From Candidatus Latescibacterota bacterium (GTDB taxonomy: Bacteria; Latescibacterota; UBA2968): a stretch of 64,000 bases of DNA. The DNA is taken from positions 1,184,001 to 1,248,000 of the forward strand of contig OZ242010.1 in NCBI GenBank assembly GCA_965204745.1, read 5' to 3'. A model generated the notes under the pieces. That model saw nothing but the letters and a program-made list of their open reading frames with translations. It was not told the origin of the DNA and ran no database searches. The first letter of the stretch is position 1, and every line of letters begins with the position of its first letter. Positions 28,244-38,284 of this stretch are shown here, in pieces. The translations under genes were made by a program, and so were the position numbers.

Positions 28244-31147
28244 ATGCCTACGACCAACGAAGTCGCCTTCAATTTCCCGCTACTGGAAGTACTGCGATCC
28301 AAGCATCCGCACTGGCGCGAGCGCGCCGCCGTGGAGCAACATGGCCTCATCCGAGAAACCGATGAGCGCCCGGATATTCTCATTCGTCCGGCGGGTGGGG
28401 TTCCGGTCGTCATCGAAACCGAGTTTGAGCCTGCGCGCAACGTGGAAGATGAGGCCAAAGCGCGTTTGGGAAAACATCTGCAATACAACGGCGACCAAAT
28501 CGAGCAGACCATCGCGGTGCGGATCCCGCAGGAACTGAGCCGCACGCCCCAAAGTGACTTGAAGCGACAAATCGAGGCCGCCGAGTTCCGCTATTGCACC
28601 TTTTCGCTGCAAGAAGCGGATGCCATCGCGCGCTGGCCGGCTGCGGGCTGGCTGACCGGTACCATGGACGACCTCGCCACTTGCATTGAAAATGTCGCCC
28701 TGTCCGAACGCTTGCTCGCCGAGGGCACGCGGATTTTGGAGCAGAGCATCGGCGAGGCCGCCGGCCGGTTGCGCGAAACCGCAGGCCCCCATGTGCTTGG
28801 GAAAATGGCGCGTGCCCTCCACCAAGCAGATGGCGATCAAACCTCGCGCATGGCCTGCGCCATCGTCGCCAACGCGCTCGTTTTTCACACCGCCATCGCC
28901 GCGGCCCACGGCATCGACACCATCGACGAACTCCGCAGTCCGGGGAATAACGCGGTCAGCAAAAGCCGCGTGCTCGCCTGTTGGCGGCATATTCTCGACC
29001 ACATCAATTACTATCCCATTTTCCACATCGCCTCCGAGTTGCTGTTGCCCATTGACGACCACACGGCGCAAGCGGTGCTCGACCGGCTCGCGCAGGCGGC
29101 CAGCGAGTTGGCGGGCTTGGGCGCGACGACCTTGCACGACTTGTCCGGGCGCGTGTTCCAACGGCTGATTGCGGATCGGAAGTTCCTCGCCACGTTCTAC
29201 ACCTTGCCGACATCGGCGGCCCTGCTCGGCGAGTTGGCTGTGGCGCGGCTTGACGAGCGGACGGATTGGGCAGATCCGAAGTCCCTCGTCGGCCTGCAAG
29301 TCGCGGACTTGGCATGCGGGACGGGTGCCCTGCTCTCGGCGGCGTATCGCGCTTTATCGGCGCGCCACCGGCGAACTGGCGGAGATGATCGGGCCTTGCA
29401 TCGGCGGATGATGGAACGCGCCCTCATCGCGGCGGACATCATGCCCGCGGCCACGCACCTGACCGCGTCGATGCTGTCGAGTGCCCACCCGGGGACGACC
29501 TTTGGTCATACCCGCGTCCACACCTTGCCATACGGTCGACAAAGTCAGGAAAAACAGCGAGTAATGGCCTTGGGCGCGCTCGACCTGATTGCGTATGACG
29601 CCACGCCGTCGCTGTTTGGGACGGGCATCCAAGTGGCGCAGGGCACGGGCGCAGATGTGGAGACAGCGGGGAGTTCAGACATGATCATGCCTCGAGAATC
29701 AGCGAATCTGGTGATCATGAACCCGCCCTTTACGCGGCCCACCAACCACGAGAGTACCGAAGTCCCGGTGCCGTCATTTGCAGGGCTGAACACGACCAAA
29801 GACGAACAGCAGGCCATGGCCAAGCGTCTGTCCGAGATCCGGCGGCGGTTGTCCCATCCGTGCGGCCACGGCAACGCGGGCCTGGCCTCCAACTTTGTCG
29901 ATCTCGGGCACGCCAAGCTCGGTCCGGGTGGGGTTCTCGCGCTGGTGCTCCCCGCGGCGTGTGTGAGCGGCAACTCTTGGGCGAATTTCCGGCGCTTGTT
30001 GGAACGCGAATACGAGGGGTTGACCGTGCTGACCATTGCGGCACACGGCCAGACGGATCGGGCGTTTTCTGCGGATACGGGGATGGCGGAGGCCCTTGTG
30101 GTGGCGACTAAGCGACGCGATGGGAAAAATGGGGAAGGCGGGAAAACCCTGTTCGTCAATTTTTACCACCGGCCGGGCAGTATCGCAGAAGCGGTTGAGA
30201 TGGCGCGGGCCGTGCGGCAAATCCCGGGCAATGCGCGACAGGGGCGGTTGTGCATCGGCGATAGCGAGATGGTCGGCACGTACATTCGGGCATCGTTGCG
30301 TCAAGGCGGCTGTGCATCCCTGCGCGAGACGACGCTGGCAGATGCCGCCCTCGGTTTGGCAAAAGGGACGCTTCAACTGCCGCGGGGATACACCGCGCCG
30401 CTGGCGACGACTCGCCTCGGCGACCTCGGCGAGAAGGGCTTGCTCCACCGCGACATTTCCGGGAAGAACAGCAATGGCACGCCGCGAGGGCCGTTTGACA
30501 TCATCCCCATTCAAGGCATACCGCAATATCCTGTGCTGTGGGGACATGCCGCCGACCACGAACGCAACCTCGTCGTCCCGGCCGATAGCGAAGGCGAGGT
30601 GCGCCCCAGTTGCGATGACCGTGCCGTCGCGGTCTGGAATCGCACGGCGTCGCGGTTGCATTTCACGCTTGATTTCGGGCTTAGTTCACAAAGTCTCGCC
30701 GCCTGCCTCACGCCGACCAAAGCCATCGGCGGCAGGGCGTGGCCGAATTTCCTGCCAGTTCAAGATGAGTGGAGCATCCCCCTCGTCTTGTGGGCGAATA
30801 CCACCTTGGGCCTTCTCGCCTTCTGGTGGATTGGAAGCCGACAACAGCAGGCCCGCACAATCCTCACAATCTCCCGGTTACCCCGCCTAACCGTGCTGGA
30901 TCCGCGCACCTTAAGCCCGGCGCAACTCGGTCAAGCCGAGGCGATCTTTGAGCGATTCAAGGACGCGACATTCCTCCCGGCCAATGAGGCGTATCGAGAC
31001 CGCACCCGCCAAGCCCTCGACCGCGCCATCTTGATCGACCTATTGCACCTGCCCGAAGCGGCCCTCGAACCCCTCGCCCTCCTCCGCGACCAATGGTGCG
31101 CCGAACCGAGCGTGCATGGCGGCAAAAGCACGCGGATTGATGTTTGA
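28244..31147 (+). CDS. Fused restriction endonuclease / gamma-class m6A methyltransferase (type IIG-like)
   Basis: N-terminal RPDILI...VIETE nuclease-like motif, motif I DLACGTG, motif IV NPPF, C-terminal TRD-like region. Confidence 0.8.
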   Translation: MPTTNEVAFNFPLLEVLRSKHPHWRERAAVEQHGLIRETDERPDILIRPAGGVPVVIETEFEPARNVEDEAKARLGKHLQYNGDQIEQTIAVRIPQELSRTPQSDLKRQIEAAEFRYCTFSLQEADAIARWPAAGWLTGTMDDLATCIENVALSERLLAEGTRILEQSIGEAAGRLRETAGPHVLGKMARALHQADGDQTSRMACAIVANALVFHTAIAAAHGIDTIDELRSPGNNAVSKSRVLACWRHILDHINYYPIFHIASELLLPIDDHTAQAVLDRLAQAASELAGLGATTLHDLSGRVFQRLIADRKFLATFYTLPTSAALLGELAVARLDERTDWADPKSLVGLQVADLACGTGALLSAAYRALSARHRRTGGDDRALHRRMMERALIAADIMPAATHLTASMLSSAHPGTTFGHTRVHTLPYGRQSQEKQRVMALGALDLIAYDATPSLFGTGIQVAQGTGADVETAGSSDMIMPRESANLVIMNPPFTRPTNHESTEVPVPSFAGLNTTKDEQQAMAKRLSEIRRRLSHPCGHGNAGLASNFVDLGHAKLGPGGVLALVLPAACVSGNSWANFRRLLEREYEGLTVLTIAAHGQTDRAFSADTGMAEALVVATKRRDGKNGEGGKTLFVNFYHRPGSIAEAVEMARAVRQIPGNARQGRLCIGDSEMVGTYIRASLRQGGCASLRETTLADAALGLAKGTLQLPRGYTAPLATTRLGDLGEKGLLHRDISGKNSNGTPRGPFDIIPIQGIPQYPVLWGHAADHERNLVVPADSEGEVRPSCDDRAVAVWNRTASRLHFTLDFGLSSQSLAACLTPTKAIGGRAWPNFLPVQDEWSIPLVLWANTTLGLLAFWWIGSRQQQARTILTISRLPRLTVLDPRTLSPAQLGQAEAIFERFKDATFLPANEAYRDRTRQALDRAILIDLLHLPEAALEPLALLRDQWCAEPSVHGGKSTRIDV

Positions 31148-31264
31148 TCATAAGCAACCGAACAACACTGCGGGCACGGCTTGACGCGATGCTTAAAATG
31201 CCGTAACTTTTTTTAAGATGGCTACCCAAAAAATTCCATAGTCTTTGCCGAAAGGACTAATGCG

Positions 31265-32632
31265 ATGCAACCTGTCAAATTTATTTTCAAAAAAATCGGC
31301 CCGACAAAAAAGGCCGAACTGGAATTAGGCGACATCACGATCATTGCCGGGCGCAACAACACCGGCAAGACGTATCTGGTGTACACGCTTTACGGCTTTC
31401 TGAAACAGTGGTATAGGCAAAGGAATATATCGCCGGAAATAGAAAAAATAGTCGAAGAAGTGACAGAGAAGGGGCACTTCAAGCGCACCGTTGATAGAGA
31501 AACGCTCGATCAAGAGCGCAAAAAAATAATCCGCGGCGTGACCCGTTCCTTCTCGCAAGAAGACTTATCCGGTGTGTTCAGTTCTCCATCCGATGCTTTT
31601 GAAGAATCCTCTATCGAAGTCGAACTCCCCGGTGAATTTCCCAAAAATTTACAAATTGATATTCCTTATCCAAAAGGTGGCCTTGTTTCAATCCAGTACG
31701 ATGGAACCGATATTATCGCAATCGACAAAAACGCAAGAGAACAAAAGCGCGATGACCCCTTTTTTCCCTTTCTTATCTCGTATCGTTACTATCGTTTTCT
31801 GTTTCCAGAACTGTCTCTTGATCCGTTTATTCTCTCTGCCGAACGCTTTGGTATCTCGCTCTTCTACAAAGAACTCGATTTTACCAAGAACCAATTGGTG
31901 GATTATTTGCAGAAAATGAGCGACGACAAAAATAGGGATCGATTTTCTCCATATATCTTCATAGACAAAACGACCAGCCGCTACGCGCTTCCGATAAAAG
32001 ACAACATTGACTACACCAGAGACATATCCAATCTAAAAGGACAAAGAAGCGAACTTTACGACGACAAATTGTTTGATAAAATCAAGGACATGATGGGGGG
32101 ATATTATAGCAGTTCCGGCGACGACATCGCATTTACCTCCAGGCGCAAAGGACGCAGCTTTAATCTACCGTTGCACATCGCGTCCTCCTCAGCACGTGGC
32201 CTGTCCGACTTGTATTTCTACCTGCGTCACGTAGCAAAAGAAAATCAACTCGTCATCATCGACGAGCCAGAGAGCCATCTCGATACGGCCAACCAAATAC
32301 AACTGGCGAGATTGTTGGCGCGGATGGCACAGTCTAACCTGAAGGTTCTGATAACCACCCACAGCGACTACATCATCAAGGAAATCAACAACCTCATTAT
32401 GCTCAGTAGGCTAAAGAAACAAAAGAAGGTCGTTAAGGATCTGGGGTATAAAAAAGACGACTTTATCGAACCGGACGCAATTCGGGCGTATGTCGCAGAG
32501 GGGGACAGCTTGACCAAGTGTGAAATTGATGAATTTGGCATCGACATGCCCGTCTTTGACGAAACCATTGATAAAATCAATCGGACTTCAAATGAACTTG
32601 CCTCGCGTCTCATAGAAGAAAAGGAGGCGTGA
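31265..32632 (+). CDS. ABC-type ATPase (AAA_15/AAA_21-like), defence-associated
   Basis: GRNNTGKT, SSSARGL signature, IIDEPESHL, ITTHS; AT-rich, no TM partner. Confidence 0.85.
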   Translation: MQPVKFIFKKIGPTKKAELELGDITIIAGRNNTGKTYLVYTLYGFLKQWYRQRNISPEIEKIVEEVTEKGHFKRTVDRETLDQERKKIIRGVTRSFSQEDLSGVFSSPSDAFEESSIEVELPGEFPKNLQIDIPYPKGGLVSIQYDGTDIIAIDKNAREQKRDDPFFPFLISYRYYRFLFPELSLDPFILSAERFGISLFYKELDFTKNQLVDYLQKMSDDKNRDRFSPYIFIDKTTSRYALPIKDNIDYTRDISNLKGQRSELYDDKLFDKIKDMMGGYYSSSGDDIAFTSRRKGRSFNLPLHIASSSARGLSDLYFYLRHVAKENQLVIIDEPESHLDTANQIQLARLLARMAQSNLKVLITTHSDYIIKEINNLIMLSRLKKQKKVVKDLGYKKDDFIEPDAIRAYVAEGDSLTKCEIDEFGIDMPVFDETIDKINRTSNELASRLIEEKEA

Positions 32633-32633
32633 A

Positions 32634-33188
32634 ATGGCGATAAATTCGGTATTGGAGAGAGTTCTGATAGAAGATGTTGTGGAGACGCCAAGTAAGGATA
32701 AAACCATCACCCTTCAGGAAAAGGATGCGAATGTCGATATGGAGGTAAAAATAGTTACACAGTCCGCGTCCGTCATCGCGATACGGATGAGTGCTAAGAA
32801 CCACTTACCAATTATGCAAGATGGCCCGTGGAAGCAGGTATGCGACTATCTGCTAGTCGTTGAATCAGCCGATGAAATTCACGCCGTTTTCATTGAACTG
32901 AAGAAAACTCTTACACAAGAGAAAAAGCCAAGAGAACAACTACGGCGATCCCTGCCGTTTTTGGCGTATCTTCTTTCCGTCTGCAAAATTGAGAATAGTA
33001 GCATTCAGACAACAAGCCTAAACACTACTTATTTTATTTTAGGAAAAAAATTGAACGAAAAGATCGACAAGGAGTCGGTGAGAATTAATCCTGATAGAAC
33101 GATTGAAAAGGAACAGTACGAAGAAATCGAAATTTCGACCTCAACCAGGAAAAGGTTCACGCTTGATGAATTGACAAACCGCAAGTAA
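32634..33188 (+). CDS. Hypothetical protein, probable PD-(D/E)xK nuclease fold
   Basis: VCDYLLV...FIELKK...QL pattern; starts 1 bp after the ATPase stop. Confidence 0.65.
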   Translation: MAINSVLERVLIEDVVETPSKDKTITLQEKDANVDMEVKIVTQSASVIAIRMSAKNHLPIMQDGPWKQVCDYLLVVESADEIHAVFIELKKTLTQEKKPREQLRRSLPFLAYLLSVCKIENSSIQTTSLNTTYFILGKKLNEKIDKESVRINPDRTIEKEQYEEIEISTSTRKRFTLDELTNRK

Positions 33189-33428
33189 AGAGATCTCTCG
33201 GGCGAAAAAACCCAAATCATTGATGGTTGCCGTGTATGGATTACAATTACTTAGGCCGTTAGCTTCCAAGTTGGCGGCCTTATCTGTTATACCAAATTGG
33301 ATTCCTGATGTGATGCGACATGCAGAGAGCAAGCTCTGTAAAGCGTCTATTCAAATCGTCGAACAATTATGAATTGCAGGAAATCCCTTAAGTGCGTATC
33401 GACGGCGCCAACGCAGGAGAGGAAGACG

Positions 33429-33620
33429 CTGAAACAAAGCAAATTTCCCTTGAACTGGGATGACAAACGGGTTCAGAAGGTCATTGCCCACTACGAGCAA
33501 CAGACAGAGGATGCGGCCATTGCTGAGGACGAAGGCGCGTTTGGAAATTCGTCCCAAACAGTTGTCGAAATCCCCCAAGAACTGATGCCTGTTGTCCGCG
33601 AACTCATTGCCAAGCATTGA
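33429..33620 (+). pseudogene. Decayed small antitoxin-like gene with toxin-tail remnant upstream
   Basis: KQSKFPLNWDDKRVQKVIAHYEQQTED...VRELIAKH with CTG in place of a start; upstream AYRRRQRRRG resembles a toxin C-terminus. Confidence 0.5.
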
Positions 33621-33695
33621 CCGATTTGGATGCAACAGGTTGCGTTTCAGTTTCAGGCAGTGTGGTGATGGGGCAACGGATCAAAGGAGAGATGA

Positions 33696-34667
33696 GTGAG
33701 AGCAGCGCGCGTTGTCGCGCATCGGCGGATTGAGATGTTCGAGGCCGATGAGCCAGAGATCGATGCCTTTCCAAAAGGGTCGATCAAAGTGAAGACGCAC
33801 CTGACCGCGATTTGCGGATCGGATTCCCCGCGGTTTGTCTTGAAGTACCCGGCCGAAGCGTATCCCATGAACATCGGGATTTCCATTCACGAGTGCATCG
33901 GCACGGTGGTGGCGTCTTCGTCAAACCGGTTTGCACCCGGGGATTTTGTGCAGGCGCGTCCCACAGCGGGTATTGGGGGGTTGGCCGAGTATTATATTTC
34001 CAATGAAAATGTGGGCGTGCATCTCGTGGCCTTTGAACCCCGCGATGAAATGTTGATGTCGCAACCCTTGGGTACGGTGATTTGGGCGTGTCGCAAACTG
34101 GGCAACCTCATCAACCGCGACGCCGTGGTCGTCGGGCAAGGCCCCATGGGGTTGCTGATGACGCACCTGTTGAGTAACTTAGGGGCGCGAACTGTGGTCG
34201 GCGTGGATACCGTGGATTTTCGCCTCAACGCGGCAAAAAAGATGCGCGCAACCCATGTGCTCAACCCCGACAGAGACGACGTGGTGGCATGCGTCAAAGA
34301 AATCACGCACGGGCGCATGGCCGATTTGGTGGTGGAAATGGTGGGGCACAATCAAGACACCGTGAATCTATGCCTGCATTTGACCAAGCGTTTGGGCACT
34401 GTGCTGGCTTTCGGGGTACCGGATGACGATGTGTACGCGTTTCATTACCGCGACTTTTTTCGCAAGAACATAACCTTGATCGGCTCTGTGGGGCCGGATT
34501 CCCAGAACGACTATCCCCTCGCGATGGACATGATCGCCCAACAGCGCATCGACGTGTCCCCCCTGATCACGCACCACTTGCCATTTACAGATGTGCAGAA
34601 GGGCTTTGAGTTGTTCATCGATCACCGAGACGAGGCGATTAAGGTCGTGTTGGATTATGAAGAGTGA
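33696..34667 (+). CDS. Zinc-binding medium-chain dehydrogenase
   Basis: ICGSD, HECIG, GQGPMG, IKVVL. Confidence 0.9.
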   Translation: MRAARVVAHRRIEMFEADEPEIDAFPKGSIKVKTHLTAICGSDSPRFVLKYPAEAYPMNIGISIHECIGTVVASSSNRFAPGDFVQARPTAGIGGLAEYYISNENVGVHLVAFEPRDEMLMSQPLGTVIWACRKLGNLINRDAVVVGQGPMGLLMTHLLSNLGARTVVGVDTVDFRLNAAKKMRATHVLNPDRDDVVACVKEITHGRMADLVVEMVGHNQDTVNLCLHLTKRLGTVLAFGVPDDDVYAFHYRDFFRKNITLIGSVGPDSQNDYPLAMDMIAQQRIDVSPLITHHLPFTDVQKGFELFIDHRDEAIKVVLDYEE

Positions 34668-35272
34668 ATTAACCACTATCAGGAGGTTCTCATGCAAATG
34701 ACACCGGCGCAGAAGCGACAATTTTATCGGGATGGCTATGTGCTCGTGCGCGGGGCCGTGCCGAAGTTGATGGCCGATCATGCGCGGCGCGCCATTAACC
34801 GGCACATGGGGGTTCGCACCCTGGCACCGGGCAGAAACCCGGGGTTGAGCGATCAACCGGTGATCGCGGATCTGTTCAACAAATCGCCGCTGTGGGGCCT
34901 GTGCGAATCCGTTGTGGGCAAGGGGAAATTGATCCCGCCGCGTGCGGGCAATGTGAAGCTCAATTTTCCCGATGCCGAAGAACGCCCCCTCACGCGCGGG
35001 CACCTAGATTTGGGCGGCAAGTTGAAAGACGGGTTGTTGAGCCGCGGCATGACCCTGTTGGTGGTGGTGTTGGTTCACGATGTGCCCCGGCCGCTGATGG
35101 GCAATTTCTGCTTTTGGCCCGGATCGCATCGCGCTTATGAAACGGCATTTCAACAAGACCCGGAGTACGTGGCAACCGCAAAGGCCAATCGCCGGATACC
35201 GGATCTCGATTTGCCCCACGATCCCATCCAATTTACGGGTGAAGCGGGCGACGCGGTGATCTGCCATCACCA

Positions 35273-36256
35273 ATGCGAATTAAGAGTAGAAAGCGAGTAA
35301 GAAGCAAGCCGCGGTCAATCGCCCAAAGACATGAACGAGTAAGCCCTCATAGGATCGTACCCGAGACGCCATCGAGATGTTCGTCTTTCGTTCAATCCAA
35401 CTGAACAAGGCCTCAATCGGCTGTCGTATGCTCGAAACCGCCCGAGAATAGTCTTTTTCGGCTTCGGTCAGGCTTTCTTGTCCCTTCTTGCGCTTCACCG
35501 GCGTCTCGAAGATCAGGTTCTGCTGTTTGCTAAGCGTGTCTTTTAAGGGCTGATCGGCGTAGATTTTATCGCCGTAGAGGTGTCCATCACGCAAAACGGG
35601 TAAGACTTGTCGCAAAGCGGTCAGGTCATGCTCTGCTGCACCTGTCAAGCCGATGTACTCTGCTTTCGGGAGGCCGTTCTCACGGTCTTGTGCGACAATG
35701 TGCAGTTTGGTGCCGTAATACCACATCTTTTTGGAAGCGCAGCGGCCTTTGTTGGCCAGTTGTTCTTCGGCCACACACGCCTGACCGCTGCGTGCCGATT
35801 GTGCCATGACAATCGGCATGGAATCCACCAAGTAGGTGTGTTCAGAGAGATCGGTTGCGGGACTGTCCTTTTGGATTTGTTCAATCAATGGCGCGAAGAC
35901 CACACACAAGCGGTTCAACCGCTGGATATAGCCTGCATAAGTGGGCAGATGGGGAAACCAGTCGGAAAGATGATCCTTGGTATAGGTATAAATCGCCTTG
36001 ATCTGCGTGTGCTGTTGCATGATCCCAAACAAATAGATCGTCAGCACTTCTTCATCTGTGAAGGTCGGCGTATCGTTATTGCTCATGCGTTCCGTATAAA
36101 ACCACAGATGCTTTTGGTCATACTGCTGACAAATATAGACATACAAGTGAATGAGTTTATCTTGCCAATCCATCGCGTGCTCCTTCCTTTAAGGGTGAAA
36201 TGACTGAGCCCTCAAGAAAAGACAAGTACGCGATGGATTCAACTCTTAATTCGCAT
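35273..36256 (-). mobile_element. IS982-family insertion sequence
   Basis: Perfect 15-bp TIR ATGCGAATTAAGAGT; CACCA direct repeats flank it; single transposase. Confidence 0.92.
35280..36173 (-). CDS. IS982-family DDE transposase
   Basis: VDSMPI, YYGTKLH, LYGDKIY, RQPIEALF. Confidence 0.92.
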   Translation of the reverse strand: MDWQDKLIHLYVYICQQYDQKHLWFYTERMSNNDTPTFTDEEVLTIYLFGIMQQHTQIKAIYTYTKDHLSDWFPHLPTYAGYIQRLNRLCVVFAPLIEQIQKDSPATDLSEHTYLVDSMPIVMAQSARSGQACVAEEQLANKGRCASKKMWYYGTKLHIVAQDRENGLPKAEYIGLTGAAEHDLTALRQVLPVLRDGHLYGDKIYADQPLKDTLSKQQNLIFETPVKRKKGQESLTEAEKDYSRAVSSIRQPIEALFSWIERKTNISMASRVRSYEGLLVHVFGRLTAACFLLAFYS

Positions 36257-36447
36257 CACCAGATGTATCACAACGCCGGGCCAAACCATTCGCCGGATAT
36301 TCGCTATGCCGTGATTTTCAGGCCCAGGCATATCCACGCCAGCGAAAATGGCACGGCTGTGATGGCCGATATTTGGCGCGAGTTTGAAGGCTTGACCGAG
36401 ATTCGGGAAGCGGCGATGCCGGTTTAGGCACTTGTTTTTTTGCGTCC

Positions 36448-36485
36448 AATCCCCTGTTCTCCAATGCGGAGCAGGGGATTTTTTC
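36448..36485 (+). terminator. Intrinsic terminator
   Basis: AATCCCCTGTTCTCC...GGAGCAGGGGATT followed by a T run. Confidence 0.65.
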
Positions 36486-36599
36486 CGTTGACACCTGGTG
36501 TTCGGTCGTCTATGCGGAAGCCACCGCCGCTCATCCTTGAGGATCGGCGGGAAAATGCGGCGCGTGCCGACTTTCGCCGAAGCAGGTGCTGAAGTGACT

Positions 36600-38135
36600 T
36601 TATTCGATCCCCCATTCCGCTTGCCGATAGTAGCGATCCACCGTCGGCATCATTTTCGTGCTCACCTCGATCTCGTGTTGCGCGTCGAACATGCCCTTCC
36701 AGAAGTGCAACATGCCCCGCATCGCTTCCGCATTCAAAAACCGCGTTTCAACATCCTCAAACCGAAGTTCCCGCACCCGGCGAATCAGTCCCTCTGAGTG
36801 TCTGTCTTTTGCCCGCATGCCCAATACCCATCCCCAATCGCTCATCGTCGGGATGTACGCGTGATACGGAACGGTTGCAAAACCCGCATCGGCCATCGTG
36901 CGTTCAATGCACAAAAACGCGAGCCGTGCGAAAAGCGGACTCGACGCCTGCGTCACCAGCACCCCGCCAGCGGCCAAGTGGCGCGCACACGCCAAATAAA
37001 ATTCTCGGGCGTACAATCGCGCGAGGTCAGGCCCTTTGGGATCGGGCAAATCCACAATGATCACATCGAACAGGGAATCCGACCGCGCCAAGAACGCGCC
37101 CGCATCGCCGATCACCACCCGCACGCGCGGATCGTCCAATGCCTTCTCATTTGCTCGCACAAAAACCGAATGCGTGCGCGCCAGATCGATCATCGCCGCG
37201 TCCAACTCCACCAGCGTAATCGCCTGCACCTCCGCGTACTTCGCCACCTCGCGCACGGCCAGTCCATCGCCCCCGCCCAAAATCAGCACCGCGCTGCGCG
37301 ATGCCGCCAGTTGCATGGCCGGATGCACCAGCGATTCGTGATAGCGTTCTTCGTCATACGTGCTGAATTGCACATTGCCATTTAGGTATAGCCAGTGGTG
37401 GTTCTTCCACTCTGTGATGACAACGCGCTGATACGCGGTCTGCGCCTGATAAACCACGCGGTCGGAGTGCTGGGTCTGTTCCCCATACATCACGATGGGG
37501 CGGATGGTAAAACCCAATACGATCAGGCCCGCGCCCAAAATCCAAAAGCCCGCCATCAGGAGTATCGGACGCGCCAAGAGATGTCGATATTGCCACAACA
37601 ACACGGATGCCACCGCAAAGTTCACCGCGCCCAATGCGAGCGGGGTATAGGTCAACCCCAACTTTGGCAAGAAAAAAAAGGCGAACAAAAGCCCGCCGAT
37701 CAACGCGCCAAAATAATCCTTTTCCATCACCGAGGCGATATTGCTCCGCAAATCCTGGTACGCCTCGTTCATGCGTGCCACCAGCGGAATCTCCATCCCG
37801 ATCAGCACCCCAATGGCAAAGGCATAGCCGTAGATGAAAACTCCTGCGGACAACGTGAGCTTCGATCCAAAATAAGCCGCAATCGCACAGGTGGCACAAA
37901 GCGCGGACAAATAAAACTCAACCGCGATAAATCGATCCAACAGCCGGTCCGTCAACATCTGGCTCCAGCGACTGCCCAGGCCCATCGCAAACAACATCAA
38001 GGACATGAGCACGGCCCATTGCACGGTCGTATTGCCCAACAAATAACTCGCCAGCGTTGACAGCGTGAACTCCGCCACAATGCCCGCACAGCCTGTGGCA
38101 AACACGCAGGCTTTTAAGAGATTACTTTGACGCAT
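36600..38135 (-). CDS. speE: Membrane-associated polyamine aminopropyltransferase
   Basis: N-terminal TM domain, YHESLVHP, ILGGGDG, VELD, VDLPDP. Confidence 0.88.
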   Translation of the reverse strand: MRQSNLLKACVFATGCAGIVAEFTLSTLASYLLGNTTVQWAVLMSLMLFAMGLGSRWSQMLTDRLLDRFIAVEFYLSALCATCAIAAYFGSKLTLSAGVFIYGYAFAIGVLIGMEIPLVARMNEAYQDLRSNIASVMEKDYFGALIGGLLFAFFFLPKLGLTYTPLALGAVNFAVASVLLWQYRHLLARPILLMAGFWILGAGLIVLGFTIRPIVMYGEQTQHSDRVVYQAQTAYQRVVITEWKNHHWLYLNGNVQFSTYDEERYHESLVHPAMQLAASRSAVLILGGGDGLAVREVAKYAEVQAITLVELDAAMIDLARTHSVFVRANEKALDDPRVRVVIGDAGAFLARSDSLFDVIIVDLPDPKGPDLARLYAREFYLACARHLAAGGVLVTQASSPLFARLAFLCIERTMADAGFATVPYHAYIPTMSDWGWVLGMRAKDRHSEGLIRRVRELRFEDVETRFLNAEAMRGMLHFWKGMFDAQHEIEVSTKMMPTVDRYYRQAEWGIE

Positions 38136-38139
38136 AAGC

Positions 38140-38177
38140 AAAAAAACAACTCGGCGGCCACATCCACCGCCGAGTTG
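38140..38177 (-). terminator. Hairpin plus U tract immediately upstream of speE
   Basis: CAACTCGGCGG-TGGATGTGG-CCGCCGAGTTG-TTTTTT on the minus strand. Confidence 0.6.
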
Positions 38178-38284
38178 GAGAAATTCAATCGGGTTAGAAT
38201 CACAGCGCGATCACCATATCTTCTGAAATTTCGCGCGTTGGGATTTTCTTTAGGTTTCCAAAGTCATTCATTCCCGCCCTCTTC

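Larger units (their letters stand above)
34692..36427 (+). pseudogene. PhyH-family (phytanoyl-CoA dioxygenase-like) gene interrupted by IS982
   Basis: Removing the IS and one TSD restores the frame ...GDAVICHHQMYHNAGPNHSPDIRYAVIF; GHLD motif present. Confidence 0.85.

Noticed and set aside
32789-32797. GAGTGCTAA CIRCE half-site (also at ~54752)
   Set aside because: Inside coding sequence, without the matching TTAGCACTC half and far from the heat-shock genes
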